This document shows, piece after piece, positions 24,834-38,147 of a stretch of 54,533 nt of DNA. The stretch spans positions 11,277,305 through 11,331,837 of the forward strand of contig NC_068999.1 of assembly GCF_001194135.2 (NCBI RefSeq), given 5' to 3'. Within the stretch, counting starts at the first letter, position 1, and each line of letters opens with the position of its first letter. This stretch comes from Octopus bimaculoides (taxonomy: Eukaryota). A program made the position numbers and the translations under genes. The notes under the pieces are model-generated. The model had not been told where the DNA came from, searched no databases, and was given only the letters and a program-made list of their open reading frames with translations.

Positions 24834-25959
24834 ACATACATATATACGTACATATATGTATATATAATTATATATATGTATGTGTGTGTGCGTGAGTCTC
24901 TCTGTTGTCATGTCTGTGTATGCATGTGTGTATGTGTAAAATTATCTATATATACACTTGAGGGTATCACTTTAAATATAAAAGTTGCCACATTCGCATT
25001 TAATGTTCTCATTTTCCCGAGTTCCATTAGATACATAAATTTATACACTTTCCGTCTCTTCGAAACATTTCCTCTCTTTCTTCTCTCTTTCTTTTCCCTA
25101 ATTTATGTTTACCATTATACCTTCATCTTTTGATCACAGTATATGTTGATTCAAGCGGGAAATTCGAACTACGAAAGGAGAAAATATAAATATAAATGTT
25201 ATTACCGAAACGAAGATTTTTTAAAAATTTTATATATATATATATAATATTATAACGGTACAACATGTTGGCAACGTGTTAAGTTTGATGGTCAAATTGA
25301 CATTTCAATCGTGACTTGCTTAATTTTGCTTTCTGTTTCATTCTTTTTTTTCTTCAGTTATGTATTTTTTTTCCATTTTCAAAGAAATCTTACGCTCAAT
25401 TAAGCGCTTGTTCGTCAACATTTGATGCCATTACATGTCTGTCGGGAGCTACAGATCACAGAATATACAAAACGCAACAAAGTCGTAGGCATCAGCAACG
25501 GTAGAACCGTCGGTAGCGCCAGCGCCTATATTAACTACATTAATATCATGAACATCAGCAATAGCAGCATCAAATCCACCACTGATTCTACAGTCGGCAA
25601 CAGCAACAGCAACAACATCAACAATAGCAACACACGAAATTTCAATGATAGCAATATCGAAAGGGAATAACATCTCGAACAAAAACATAAACAAAAACAT
25701 CACCGACAATAAGATCAACCAGTAACGGAAACAACATCAATAGAAAACTCATCAATATTAACAACATCAATAGTAAGGACAGCAGGAACAAGAACAGCAA
25801 AAAAAAAAACAGCTGTAACGACAATAACAACAACAACAACAACGTCCATTTCTGTCGCCATAATAAACACAAAATGAAATTAAAATAGTTGCAACAATGG
25901 CTACCAGCGCAAAAACTAATGTGACAATTATTATATGAATGATAATGATAAGTATCGCT

Positions 25960-25974
25960 GCACTAATAATAATA

Positions 25975-26044
<70 letters not shown>

Positions 26045-26062
26045 CAACAACAATAATAATAA
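25960..26062. repeat. (AAT)n/(AAC)n microsatellite
   Basis: Read directly from the sequence. Confidence 0.95.
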
Positions 26063-26684
26063 CGATAAGAACATCGAGAACAGTATAGTAAGAAATATAA
26101 CGATATTTTTAATGAATAATAATTTATAATTATATATTCATGATAATTGATATAATACATTAATCATAATTATAATTAGCTCTATCAGTAGAAGTTCGCC
26201 GCTTATTGGAATGTAATATATACGAGTTACTTTCTCTTGAAATCTATCTCTCATCAGTTGTAAATAAATATTGAACTCGCTTTCATTCATCTTCTCTCTT
26301 CTTGTAATATCTTGTCCTCGATTTAATGTTTCTTACCACTCTGAAATGTTTGCATTTCACAGTCCGGATAGGTGGCACTGAGAGCTGATTCATGTGTATT
26401 TTCACCACTAATCTACAGCGACAATGTTTCCTCATGAGAAAGCACAGTGAATGGCTTGTTTACCAGTTCGAATGTGCCACTGACATATATTCGAACTGGT
26501 AATTGCACTGCATAGCGATCCCACCCGCAATTTGTTTACGGTTAACCTCGGATTATCGTTACCAGCCGACGTACTACGACTTGAATAGCATGGAGAGAGA
26601 TTGTCTCCCTCAAAGGCTTGCAACGTCATTGTCCCGTTTCTGCAACTCAAGAGCGAGCAACCACTCCGAAATACTTGAAATAGC

Positions 26685-26860
<176 letters not shown>

Positions 26861-27289
26861 TGGTGCAAATAATATAGAACTACACGTTACATAAAGTTTG
26901 GAGACGTCGATAATATATCGTACTTACTTTGTTCCGATGTATCTGTGTGCTTGTTTTGTTATTGGGGTGATTGCTTATGATCTTTAATGTGCATTTAATG
27001 TAGGGTAGATCGATACTCCTTCTATGTATGAAATAAATTATATCAAAGAAAAAGAAAATGAAAGAGAATAGTGAATGCTTTCGAATTAAATGGGACAAGG
27101 ACACCTAAAATATAGGCGGAGGAAATTAGTTCATAATTTATTATACATTACTTGAATTGTTAGACACAAATCTCACATACACCAATCTCTCATTTTCTCT
27201 TTTTATTTACTCTCTCTACTTCTCTTTTTATCCTTCTCGATATATATATATATATGTAGACATGGATATTTATATACATTCATATATAT

Positions 27290-28162
27290 NNNNNNNNNNN
27301 NNNNNNNNNNNNNNNNNNNNNNNNNNNNNNNNNNNNNNNNNNNNNNNNNNNNNNNNNNNNNNNNNNNNNNNNNNNNNNNNNNNNNNNNNNNNNNNNNNNN
27401 NNNNNNNNNNNNNNNNNNNNNNNNNNNNNNNNNNNNNNNNNNNNNNNNNNNNNNNNNNNNNNNNNNNNNNNNNNNNNNNNNNNNNNNNNNNNNNNNNNNN
27501 NNNNNNNNNNNNNNNNNNNNNNNNNNNNNNNNNNNNNNNNNNNNNNNNNNNNNNNNNNNNNNNNNNNNNNNNNNNNNNNNNNNNNNNNNNNNNNNNNNNN
27601 NNNNNNNNNNNNNNNNNNNNNNNNNNNNNNNNNNNNNNNNNNNNNNNNNNNNNNNNNNNNNNNNNNNNNNNNNNNNNNNNNNNNNNNNNNNNNNNNNNNN
27701 NNNNNNNNNNNNNNNNNNNNNNNNNNNNNNNNNNNNNNNNNNNNNNNNNNNNNNNNNNNNNNNNNNNNNNNNNNNNNNNNNNNNNNNNNNNNNNNNNNNN
27801 NNNNNNNNNNNNNNNNNNNNNNNNNNNNNNNNNNNNNNNNNNNNNNNNNNNNNNNNNNNNNNNNNNNNNNNNNNNNNNNNNNNNNNNNNNNNNNNNNNNN
27901 NNNNNNNNNNNNNNNNNNNNNNNNNNNNNNNNNNNNNNNNNNNNNNNNNNNNNNNNNNNNNNNNNNNNNNNNNNNNNNNNNNNNNNNNNNNNNNNNNNNN
28001 NNNNNNNNNNNNNNNNNNNNNNNNNNNNNNNNNNNNNNNNNNNNNNNNNNNNNNNNNNNNNNNNNNNNNNNNNNNNNNNNNNNNNNNNNNNNNNNNNNNN
28101 NNNNNNNNNNNNNNNNNNNNNNNNNNNNNNNNNNNNNNNNNNNNNNNNNNNNNNNNNNNNNN
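27290..28162. other. Assembly gap. Others at about 8790-8862, 9936-10166, 11627-11962, 14713-15048, 16639-16653, 22523-22699, 31221-31314, 32725-33191, 35666-36097, 38488-39083, 40371-40381, 43574-44100, 44812-45776, 46520-46748 and 49180-49189.
   Basis: Runs of N, mostly flanked by microsatellites; exons could be hidden inside them. Confidence 0.99.
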
Positions 28163-28207
<45 letters not shown>

Positions 28208-28511
28208 ATACATGTATACATATATATGTATATATATTTATATTTATATACCACCATACCACACAACACCACATTACATCACACCACCATGCACACACTG
28301 TCACTGACCACTTCCCAGCTCCACATCATCATCCACATACCTACACATACATACACGCACACGCCAAGGTCGCACGCACATACATGCCCTCTTATACACA
28401 CGCATGCGCACATTCGTTTTGGGATCACCACTACTGTATTATCTCCCTAGCACTCCTGTGTGACCCCTCTGTCTGGCATTCGCCATGATAGATCGCTAGC
28501 CATACACTTCA

Positions 28512-28575
28512 TTTATTTTCTCCTTGTTTCTTTCTGTAGAAGAGCGTAGGCTAGAAATGTTAAAGCATTTTTACT
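28512..28575 (+). mobile_element. Penelope-like terminal fragment with degenerate hammerhead-like motif
   Basis: tttctccttgtttctttctgtagaagagcgtaggctagaaatgttaaagc is homologous to 53493-53550. Confidence 0.6.
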
Positions 28576-28646
28576 TCCTGAGTGTTAAACTAATACATCA
28601 GTTTGTTGTCTACATCACCTATCTTCGTCTTGTTTTTGTGAATTCT

Positions 28647-28690
<44 letters not shown>

Positions 28691-29564
28691 GTGTGTGTGC
28701 CTACTTGTGTCTGCGTTTAACACATGTAAATACAGGTTATGAAAACCTGTAGCAAAAGATTCAAGAAATACTGATAAATATACGTACCGAACTGACATGA
28801 GAACTGCAAAATATCTGGTCAACGAAATGGCTTATTCATTGTTCTACTTTTCAGCCACATTCCTCTAAATGAAAACTGAAAAAGAGTGCATGAGTGAAAG
28901 AATGTCACACGATTTTGTCAGGCCGGTTTCTTGATGCAACCAGTGCGAAAAAATGTAAGGAGGTGTAAAATGTGTTGTCATCTGTGGATGATTATGTTTT
29001 ATAAAATGTGTTGTCATCTGTGGATGATCATCTTTTGTTAAATGTAAGCGACAAAAGATTACGAATGTACCAAAAATGTGTGGGAAGCATAAAAATGATA
29101 TTTTTCCTCACTCGAAATACAGGATTAAGCCGAAAATCACTGAATGCTCACAGCTGTAAATGCTCAACATATTTTGGCTATATAAACTTAAAGCTTATTC
29201 AAGCAAGGTCGTATACCTTTCAGTATGCTTAACTACTTGGGCTGACAAGAATGTGATCTCACGTTCAAATCAATGTCCATGATATTAGACAGGAATATAC
29301 TATGATGGACTCGACAGATGAACAAAATTGTATTGAACGGGTTTCATTTGAGTAGAATCGATGAAGAAGAAAGGCCGTAGTGGACCATTCGTATTTTTCA
29401 GTGTGAAACTTTCTCCATTTCCATCTAAACATTAGCACATGACCAATTACTCTTTGGACGTACTAGAAGCACAGTGGGATTGGCTTCCGTTTTCTAGGTC
29501 ATATATGCATTTCCTACTGCTATTCCATCCTTATTTTGCTCCTAAATACACTGGTAGTCAGATG

Positions 29565-29712
29565 CATGTTTCCCAGCCACATAGTCCCGGTCCCGGCTCA
29601 GTCTCACTGCGTGCACCATGGTGGGTAGTACTCATATATAGCAGGGTGCTGACCAAACCTGTGAATCAATTTGGTAGAACACAAATCGACTAGTCCTTCA
29701 CCCTCAAATTTC
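29565..29712 (+). mobile_element. Degenerate SINE B head, followed by a SINE A-like tail fragment
   Basis: tttcccagccacatagtccc..ggctcagtctcactgcgtgcacc..gaccaaacctgtgaatcaatttggtag, then aatcgactagtccttcaccctcaaatttcag. Confidence 0.6.
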
Positions 29713-29948
29713 AGTCCATAATTACAACAAAATCGAAATTAAACCAAAGAAGCATAAATATAGTAGGACGAAAATCATTGAAATGAATAACGTAACAGTG
29801 TCAAAGTTAGATAAGGCAAATTGACTGGCTGCACATCAATATGTCCTGTATTTAATTCAGGTCATATTGTACATGGGCATCAATCTATAATATGATAACG
29901 AGTCAAGTGCCGAGCAGGGAATAAAGGGGGGAAAAGAAAAAGAAGGAT

Positions 29949-29981
29949 GATAATAATAATAATAACAACAACAACAACAAC

Positions 29982-30029
<48 letters not shown>

Positions 30030-30260
30030 GGAAGAAGACGATGATGATGATGAGAAGAAGAAGAAGAAGAAGAAGAAGAAGAAGAAGAAGAAGAAGAAGA
30101 AGAAGAAGAAGAAGAGGGAGTAGGAGGAGAAGAAGAAGAAGAAGAAGAAGAAGAAGAAGAAGAAGAAGAAGAAGAAGAAGAAGAAGAAGAAGAAGAAGAA
30201 GAAGAAGAAGAAGAAGAAGAAGAAGAAGAAGATAGATGGATAGATAGATAGATAGATAGA
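29949..30260. repeat. Compound (AAT)(AAC)(AAT)(GAT)(GAA)n(GATA)n microsatellite
   Basis: Read directly; the GAA tract spans 30053-30231. Confidence 0.95.
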
Positions 30261-31314
30261 TTGGTAAGGAGTGAAAGGAAGACGGAGTGAAAGACAGACA
30301 GATAGACTGACTGAAGGGTAAAATTGCCAAGAAACGCTACAAAGAGAAAGAATAGAGAAGTATAACAAGTTAGAATATAAATATTATTTTCTAGTAATAA
30401 ATAATAAAATTTGTAAGAGACAGGATGCAAAAACCTTCTAATGTGTTTCTTATATCTTATATCTTAGCATTGACGTAGTAAAATTACTTGCAAATGTATG
30501 AACATATTTCGTGTTCTTACTAAAAGCGATTTACATAGCGCCATTAAAAAAAAGAAAAGGAAAACGTTAGTTAGTATTTCGAGTAGCGTTAATCCCTTCG
30601 TAAATATTTTTTTGAAAAACATTTTGTTTAAAGATTTAGATTTGTTCATTTATTTATTTATTCATTTAATTTTTTTTTTTTTCGTGTCTCCATACTTATT
30701 ACTTTTCGTAAATTTGACGCTAGCAGAGAATATTTGCGTTGCATGCGAGAGTAAATTACCTACGGTAAGATTGCCAGTTATAGTGGAATAACATATATCA
30801 TTAGCATCAGCAGGTGGTCTGCCGATATCACGTGGTAGAAAAAGACCGGGAAACAGCGGGATGCCGTTGGGAAACGGAAGAAAATTTTGCTAATTACGGA
30901 CGGCATTATAGAACGAAAAGTGAGAGGGATAGACTGGAAAAAAGGGAAATGGTGAGCAATCATAAAAAGTGGAGAGTAAGAGAGCGGAAAAGAGAGAGAG
31001 AGAGAAAGTGAAATGATGGGGAGAGGAGGGATTGAACGTGATACAGTGACAAAGAATAAGAATTGTGGAGGGAGGGAAAAACGTGTAATTTTAAGAGAGA
31101 CACATACATGTGCACCACACTCACTAGCACACACAGAAGACAGATATACGAACCGATACTCACACACATATATATGTATGTATATACAAATGTACATATA
31201 CATACATACATACATATATANNNNNNNNNNNNNNNNNNNNNNNNNNNNNNNNNNNNNNNNNNNNNNNNNNNNNNNNNNNNNNNNNNNNNNNNNNNNNNNN
31301 NNNNNNNNNNNNNN

Positions 31315-31353
<39 letters not shown>

Positions 31354-31400
31354 TATATGTATGCATATGTATGTATGTGTATATATATTTATATAGATAA

Positions 31401-31434
<34 letters not shown>

Positions 31435-31863
31435 GGATAGATAGATATATAGATAAACAGATAAGGAGTGAGAGGAAGACGGAGAGAGAGAGAGAGAAAG
31501 ATAGACAGACTGACTGAAGGGGAAAATTGCCAAGCATGCAAATGAGTTCTGGGATAAAAAAAAAAAAAACAATATAGAAATCGGAGCGAGAAGGGAAATA
31601 TATAAGAAAGGGTACGAGTGAGGAAAAGGGCTCAAGTAGAAAAAAAGAAACTGAAATTTAAATAAAATCAACGATAAAGGGGCAATACAATGAAAGGAGC
31701 TAAAACAAGAAACAGAAAGAATAGAAGAAAACAATCAGAACAAAAGCTGCAATGTATATTAAAAGAGGTGAAGATAAAAGGAAAGTTAACAGAGATGCCA
31801 TGATGAGCTACTTGAATGAGATTCAGAGTAGCAGAGAGGCAGAAAGAGAGAGATAGAGAGAGT

Positions 31864-31900
<37 letters not shown>

Positions 31901-32267
31901 GAGAGAGAGAGAGAGGGAGAAACAGAGAGAGAGAGAGAGATACTAAGTAAATGATAGGGGAGTGACAGAGAAACAAGGGATACAGAAAAAATACTTAAGT
32001 AAAGAAGTAGAGAGAAAGAACTAAAAAGAAAGAGAAAAGAGGAGAGAGAAAACGAGGCAAAGATGCACAGGGGCATAGAGACACATACGCAAAGGCCTAA
32101 AAGGTGAGACGGACGGTGTGGGAGGGTGTCAGATTGGGAGTAATGGACCTTTTATAGAAGGCAATAGAAACAGCAGGGAGTCAAAGTTCTAACAAAATCC
32201 ACTGTTGATAGGATTTGTTCGTTATTGAAAACTTGTCTGGTGGTACTTTTTGTTCGTTCATTATCAT

Positions 32268-32269
<2 letters not shown>

Positions 32270-32365
<96 letters not shown>

Positions 32366-32410
32366 CTCTGTCTGTCTGTCTGCCTGCCTGTCTGTCTGTT
32401 TGTCTGTCTG

Positions 32411-32455
<45 letters not shown>

Positions 32456-32460
32456 TTGTC
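32270..32460. repeat. (CT)n-(CTAT)n-(CTGT)n microsatellite
   Basis: Read directly from the sequence. Confidence 0.95.
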
Positions 32461-32509
32461 TATCTATGTATAGATATTGATACATCTATATATATATGCA
32501 TATGTATAA

Positions 32510-32569
<60 letters not shown>

Positions 32570-33191
32570 CATGCATACATACACACACTCACATGTCGAT
32601 AAGCAAGTGTAAGTGTGTGTTTATATGTTTGCATATATGTGGGGGAGTGTTTCTTCTCTGACACGAGAATCGTACCCTGAGGTGGAAGAAAAAGAAATGT
32701 TGGGACTGTATGAGAAAGAAGGAANNNNNNNNNNNNNNNNNNNNNNNNNNNNNNNNNNNNNNNNNNNNNNNNNNNNNNNNNNNNNNNNNNNNNNNNNNNN
32801 NNNNNNNNNNNNNNNNNNNNNNNNNNNNNNNNNNNNNNNNNNNNNNNNNNNNNNNNNNNNNNNNNNNNNNNNNNNNNNNNNNNNNNNNNNNNNNNNNNNN
32901 NNNNNNNNNNNNNNNNNNNNNNNNNNNNNNNNNNNNNNNNNNNNNNNNNNNNNNNNNNNNNNNNNNNNNNNNNNNNNNNNNNNNNNNNNNNNNNNNNNNN
33001 NNNNNNNNNNNNNNNNNNNNNNNNNNNNNNNNNNNNNNNNNNNNNNNNNNNNNNNNNNNNNNNNNNNNNNNNNNNNNNNNNNNNNNNNNNNNNNNNNNNN
33101 NNNNNNNNNNNNNNNNNNNNNNNNNNNNNNNNNNNNNNNNNNNNNNNNNNNNNNNNNNNNNNNNNNNNNNNNNNNNNNNNNNNNNNNNNNN

Positions 33192-33590
33192 GAAGAAGAA
33201 GAAGAAGAAGAAGAAGAAGAAGAAGAAGAATAAAGAGAAGAAGAAGGAGAAGAAGAAGAAGAAGACGAAGAGGAAAAAGAAGAAGAAGAAGGAGAAGAAG
33301 AAGAAGAAGAAGAATGAGGAGAAGAAGAAGTAGAAGAAGAAGAAGAAGGGGAGGAGAAAAAGAAAAAGTGAAAAGAGAAGAAGGGGACGAGGAGAATAAA
33401 AGGAAAAGAGATAACTGGATGAGGGATATGTAGGAGGAGAAGGTGTAGAAGATATAGAGAGATGTAATAGTACCAGGAGATGAACAAGAAATAGAAGATG
33501 ATGAGGAGGGGGGAGAGTAATCATGAAGATGATGGTGGTGATGATGATGATGACGCCGACAACGATGATGATGACGATGATGATGACGAC

Positions 33591-33622
<32 letters not shown>

Positions 33623-33700
33623 CGATGATGATGATGAAGATGAAGAAAAGGATTATGATGATATTTTGAAAAGAGAAGAAGAAGAAGATGAAGAAGCAGA
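33192..33700. repeat. (GAA)n and (GAT)n low-complexity tract
   Basis: Read directly from the sequence. Confidence 0.9.
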
Positions 33701-33974
33701 AGAAAAAGTACATGGAAATTCAGGATTAGTGGAAGTGGAAATTGATCAATAGGTTGAGAAGGAGGAGGAGGAGGAGAAGGGATAAAATTAAGGAGAGGGA
33801 GGTAAACAACAACAGCAAAAAGCGACGAAACGCTGAGCTAAGCAGATGTGAAAGTTGTGTTATTTAAGATCAAAGTGTGGGCGATAGAATAAATATGAAC
33901 CAAAGAAAGGGAGATGAGAGGAGGAAGAGAGAAGCTTAGCTTTAACAACAAATACATCGTCAATAAAATTATTA

Positions 33975-34020
<46 letters not shown>

Positions 34021-34405
34021 GGATGTTATTATTACTAGCAATAAAAGTAAAAATATTAACAGCTATAATAACAATAATCCTTTCTACAATGCACACAGAC
34101 CTGAACAACAACAACAACAATAACAATAATGATAACAACAACAACGAAAATAAGGGCTTCCAGATAACACGCAGTGAAGTACATTAAATAGTTATAGGGG
34201 AATGAGGCAAAATGTTGCCCTATATATTCAGGCAGGTTAAGTGTTTAGTTAAGAGAAAATCTAAAAGAAACCCAGAAGTTCAACCAGTCGGCGCAAGACA
34301 GAAAAGCCTTCATATAGAGAGAATCGGTCTTCTTATTGACCTCAACTTATTTCTGTTCCAATCATTGTCAACTTACTGTTCCATTCGGTATTACTGGTAG
34401 GTGAC

Positions 34406-34461
34406 AAGGTGGTGACCTAGCAGAATCATTAGCACGCCAGGTGAAACGCTTAGCGGTATTT
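34406..34461 (+). mobile_element. SINE family A head fragment
   Basis: aaggtggtgacctagcagaatcattagcacgccaggtgaaacgcttagcggtattt. Confidence 0.8.
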
Positions 34462-35444
34462 ATATATAAGAATCCATGCATTTCAACTTGTAGGACGCTA
34501 TAAATGAATAGACACGATACGATAAAACATATTGGAAGAAACGCGACAGCGAATACATTGTGATGGTAGAATAGAGTAGATGTGCATGGACCAAATGTTT
34601 ATATATATATGAAATAATGTAAAATTACTTGCGGTTCTGACGTCTTTTTTATTGTAGGTAGTTACTCTACATGTAGACATATCAATAAACGTAACAATAC
34701 TGGGCTTAGTAAATTAATTTGGTATCTAATGAATCATGATGGACAATTTGATTTGGAATAATATATCCTCTCTATATATTTTCCGTATGATAAAGGTAAA
34801 TCTTTTTGTCCGCTTTATAACAGTGAAACGTACTTAATCTTGTTCTCAGAAAATCCTCTTGTAAACACGTTTATAGAAAGCGTTTATCGTTGCAAGAATT
34901 GAGCGAATCATACCTTTAGTTACTATAAGTGATTTGTACCATTCTATAAAATTCGAACTTTGATTTTCGTCTTATATTTCACTTCCACTAAATATATCTA
35001 CTGCCATGACTTTAAACCTTATTCCTATACACTTATCGCTCTAATATTGCTCCACTATTTTTTTTCTGCTACTTTCTTTCTTTCTCTTCTTTTCTCTTCA
35101 TTTAAACAACCTTTGACGTTATACCTATTCACGGTTTAAAAAATACAACTTGCTAGATTTCCCTTCATTACATACGCAGTCATCACATTCTGTTAAAACG
35201 TCTTATTGATATATTTAGTTTCTTTCTTTCCTTGATAAGAAGATTGCATTATTTTAGACAATTTTCTTCCTTCTGGATTAATACCAATGTTTTTTCACCT
35301 AAACCTGGAGTTTCTACTTGTATACGTAGGTTGTTTTATCCTTGGTACTTGTGTGAATTTGTGCTACCCTGGTAACTATTTATTTTTTCCGAGTTATTTG
35401 TAACATTGAAAAACACACATACGTTTATATATATACATATATAC

Positions 35445-35481
<37 letters not shown>

Positions 35482-35483
<2 letters not shown>

Positions 35484-35632
35484 CGACGGGCGTCTTTCAG
35501 TTTCCGTCTACCAAATCCAATCAAAAGGCTTTGGTCGGCCGACACTCGCACAGGGTGCCACGCAGTGGGAATGAACCCGCAACCATGTGGTCGGTAAGCA
35601 AGCTACTTACCACAGAGCCACTCCTGCGCCCC
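35482..35632 (-). mobile_element. SINE family B 5' half, ending in (TA)n
   Basis: cgacgggcgtctttcagtttccgtctaccaaatcc..ggtgccacgcagtgggaatgaacccgcaaccatgtgg..ccactcctgcgcc. Confidence 0.88.
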
Positions 35633-36096
35633 CCCCATATATATGTGTGTGTGTGTGTATATATANNNNNNNNNNNNNNNNNNNNNNNNNNNNNNNNNNN
35701 NNNNNNNNNNNNNNNNNNNNNNNNNNNNNNNNNNNNNNNNNNNNNNNNNNNNNNNNNNNNNNNNNNNNNNNNNNNNNNNNNNNNNNNNNNNNNNNNNNNN
35801 NNNNNNNNNNNNNNNNNNNNNNNNNNNNNNNNNNNNNNNNNNNNNNNNNNNNNNNNNNNNNNNNNNNNNNNNNNNNNNNNNNNNNNNNNNNNNNNNNNNN
35901 NNNNNNNNNNNNNNNNNNNNNNNNNNNNNNNNNNNNNNNNNNNNNNNNNNNNNNNNNNNNNNNNNNNNNNNNNNNNNNNNNNNNNNNNNNNNNNNNNNNN
36001 NNNNNNNNNNNNNNNNNNNNNNNNNNNNNNNNNNNNNNNNNNNNNNNNNNNNNNNNNNNNNNNNNNNNNNNNNNNNNNNNNNNNNNNNNNNNNNNN

Positions 36097-36151
<55 letters not shown>

Positions 36152-36615
36152 GATAAAAGGTGAGGATGGCAGAGAAGGAGATGTTTTTAATATATATTTT
36201 TTTGTTTTATTTTCGCATACGCCTATGCCTGTGAGGGAGGATCTGAGTGCGCTTGCTTCTACTTTCGAACGTTTGTACCGATTATACTTAATACGGTGCG
36301 ACACGTCGGCGGGGATGATGGTTGACAGAGGAGCGTCAATATCGATGATGGAATAACAATTAATCTAATATCGATTGCAAAGACAAGCAGTTACTATCAC
36401 AAATACACTTTGACAAAGAATAAAATCTACACACATATAGACACACACACACATACAGATACACTCACATGTATATATAAGCATCCACGTGCGCGCACAA
36501 TCACACATATTCCGCAACACACGCACGCATACACATATATATGGCTTTCCTCATATTCATACAAAAATATACGCATATATATACGTTTATATATGTATGC
36601 ATATGTGTCTGAGTA

Positions 36616-36689
<74 letters not shown>

Positions 36690-36711
36690 CAGACACACTC
36701 ACTCACTCACA

Positions 36712-36794
<83 letters not shown>

Positions 36795-38075
36795 TGATAA
36801 ACACACACCCACATACTCACACACAATCATCTATACGCAGGCACAAATAAAGACGAGTATGAGTATACACGTATGCACATATGAACGGGTTGCTGGATAG
36901 AAAGGTGCGGTGTAAAATATGGATTAACTGTATAAGGCATTAAGATAGGAACGGCGAATCTCTGGCAATTAATGATTGCTGTTAAACAGGTAATAAAAAA
37001 ATGTAGGACAACATAATTAAGATGAAAGATTAAGAGTAGTGGGAAAAAAAAACCTTTTGTCGAGAATACTCTGTACACAGACAACGGACAGTACCTCCAA
37101 GAAAATAGGGGGAAATATAATTAGTACTTTGAACGAAGTAGGACTTCACATCTAATAGATACAAATATAACGATTGTTCATTTACTAAAATGTTACACTA
37201 TACCTTGGTGTATATTAATTCTAGTGACTCTGATTAGAAAATGTATATCGTATTCTAGTGAAATTTACATAATACTGATTATCACATCCAAACTAAATTA
37301 TTAGTTTTGACAACAACGCCATAAACTGTTGAATGCCTCCTGAGATTCCATCTTGTATTGATGATACGTGCACATTTAGCACCAATTATGTTATCCCGTT
37401 TCTCAGAAAATCTCCAGGGTTGCAAGTCATTAGGGAATTAATTAAAATATTCATTATTTTATTGAACTAAAAAAGACTATTATATAGCCCTCAAGTCCAT
37501 CTCAAAGACCTACAATATTAATATGATTTGGTGTAATCCGTTATTGGCTGGAATATTTATATCTCATTAACATTATTTTTCCATTATGATACAAATGTTC
37601 CAAATTATTTTAACCGAGAAACCTAACATATGAAAAGTTTCATGGGAATAACTGTTACATTTCGCGCAAAAGGTTTCTTAGAAAGACAAAATTTTAAAAA
37701 TGCTTGTTTTCTAAATCGTAAGAGTAATATTCATGTCACAAGCGACATATTAGTAAGCAAGGAAAATCATTTCTTTCTTAGACTGTGCATGCAAATCCGA
37801 ATGATTCATATACAAAGATATAGTTTCCAAGTTGTAGGCCCAACGTGCAAAACACTAAACATGCAACATGATGTGTATAAGTAATCTTAAAATGTTTTAG
37901 TGCCTGTACTGTAAATTGAATTGTACACAAGTTAAAGATGGAGTTCAATTTTATAAAATCCCGTTACTTGAAATATCGCTGCATTGTCAATTTTAAATTA
38001 AACAACTTTATACATTATCTCAAAAAATATGCACATGTAATCCTTGTCTTCGGATATTTGTATTCTCTAATAACC

Positions 38076-38147
38076 GAATATCGGAATATGAGAATATCCG
38101 AATATGAGAATATACGAATATGAGAATATCCGAATATGAGAATATCT
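38076..38147. repeat. Minisatellite of 9 x 8 bp (GAATATNN) with 16-bp higher-order alternation
   Basis: Units end in cg, ga, cc, ga, ac, ga, cc, ga, ct. Confidence 0.92.

Noticed and set aside
30814-30951. 138-nt open candidate exon ending ATG|GTGAGC
   Set aside because: Weak acceptor, unrecognisable peptide, and no compatible neighbouring exons found.
33498-33752. Acidic D/E-rich ORF; similar one at 40561-40911
   Set aside because: Derived from (GAT)n and (GAA)n repeats; no splice or domain support.
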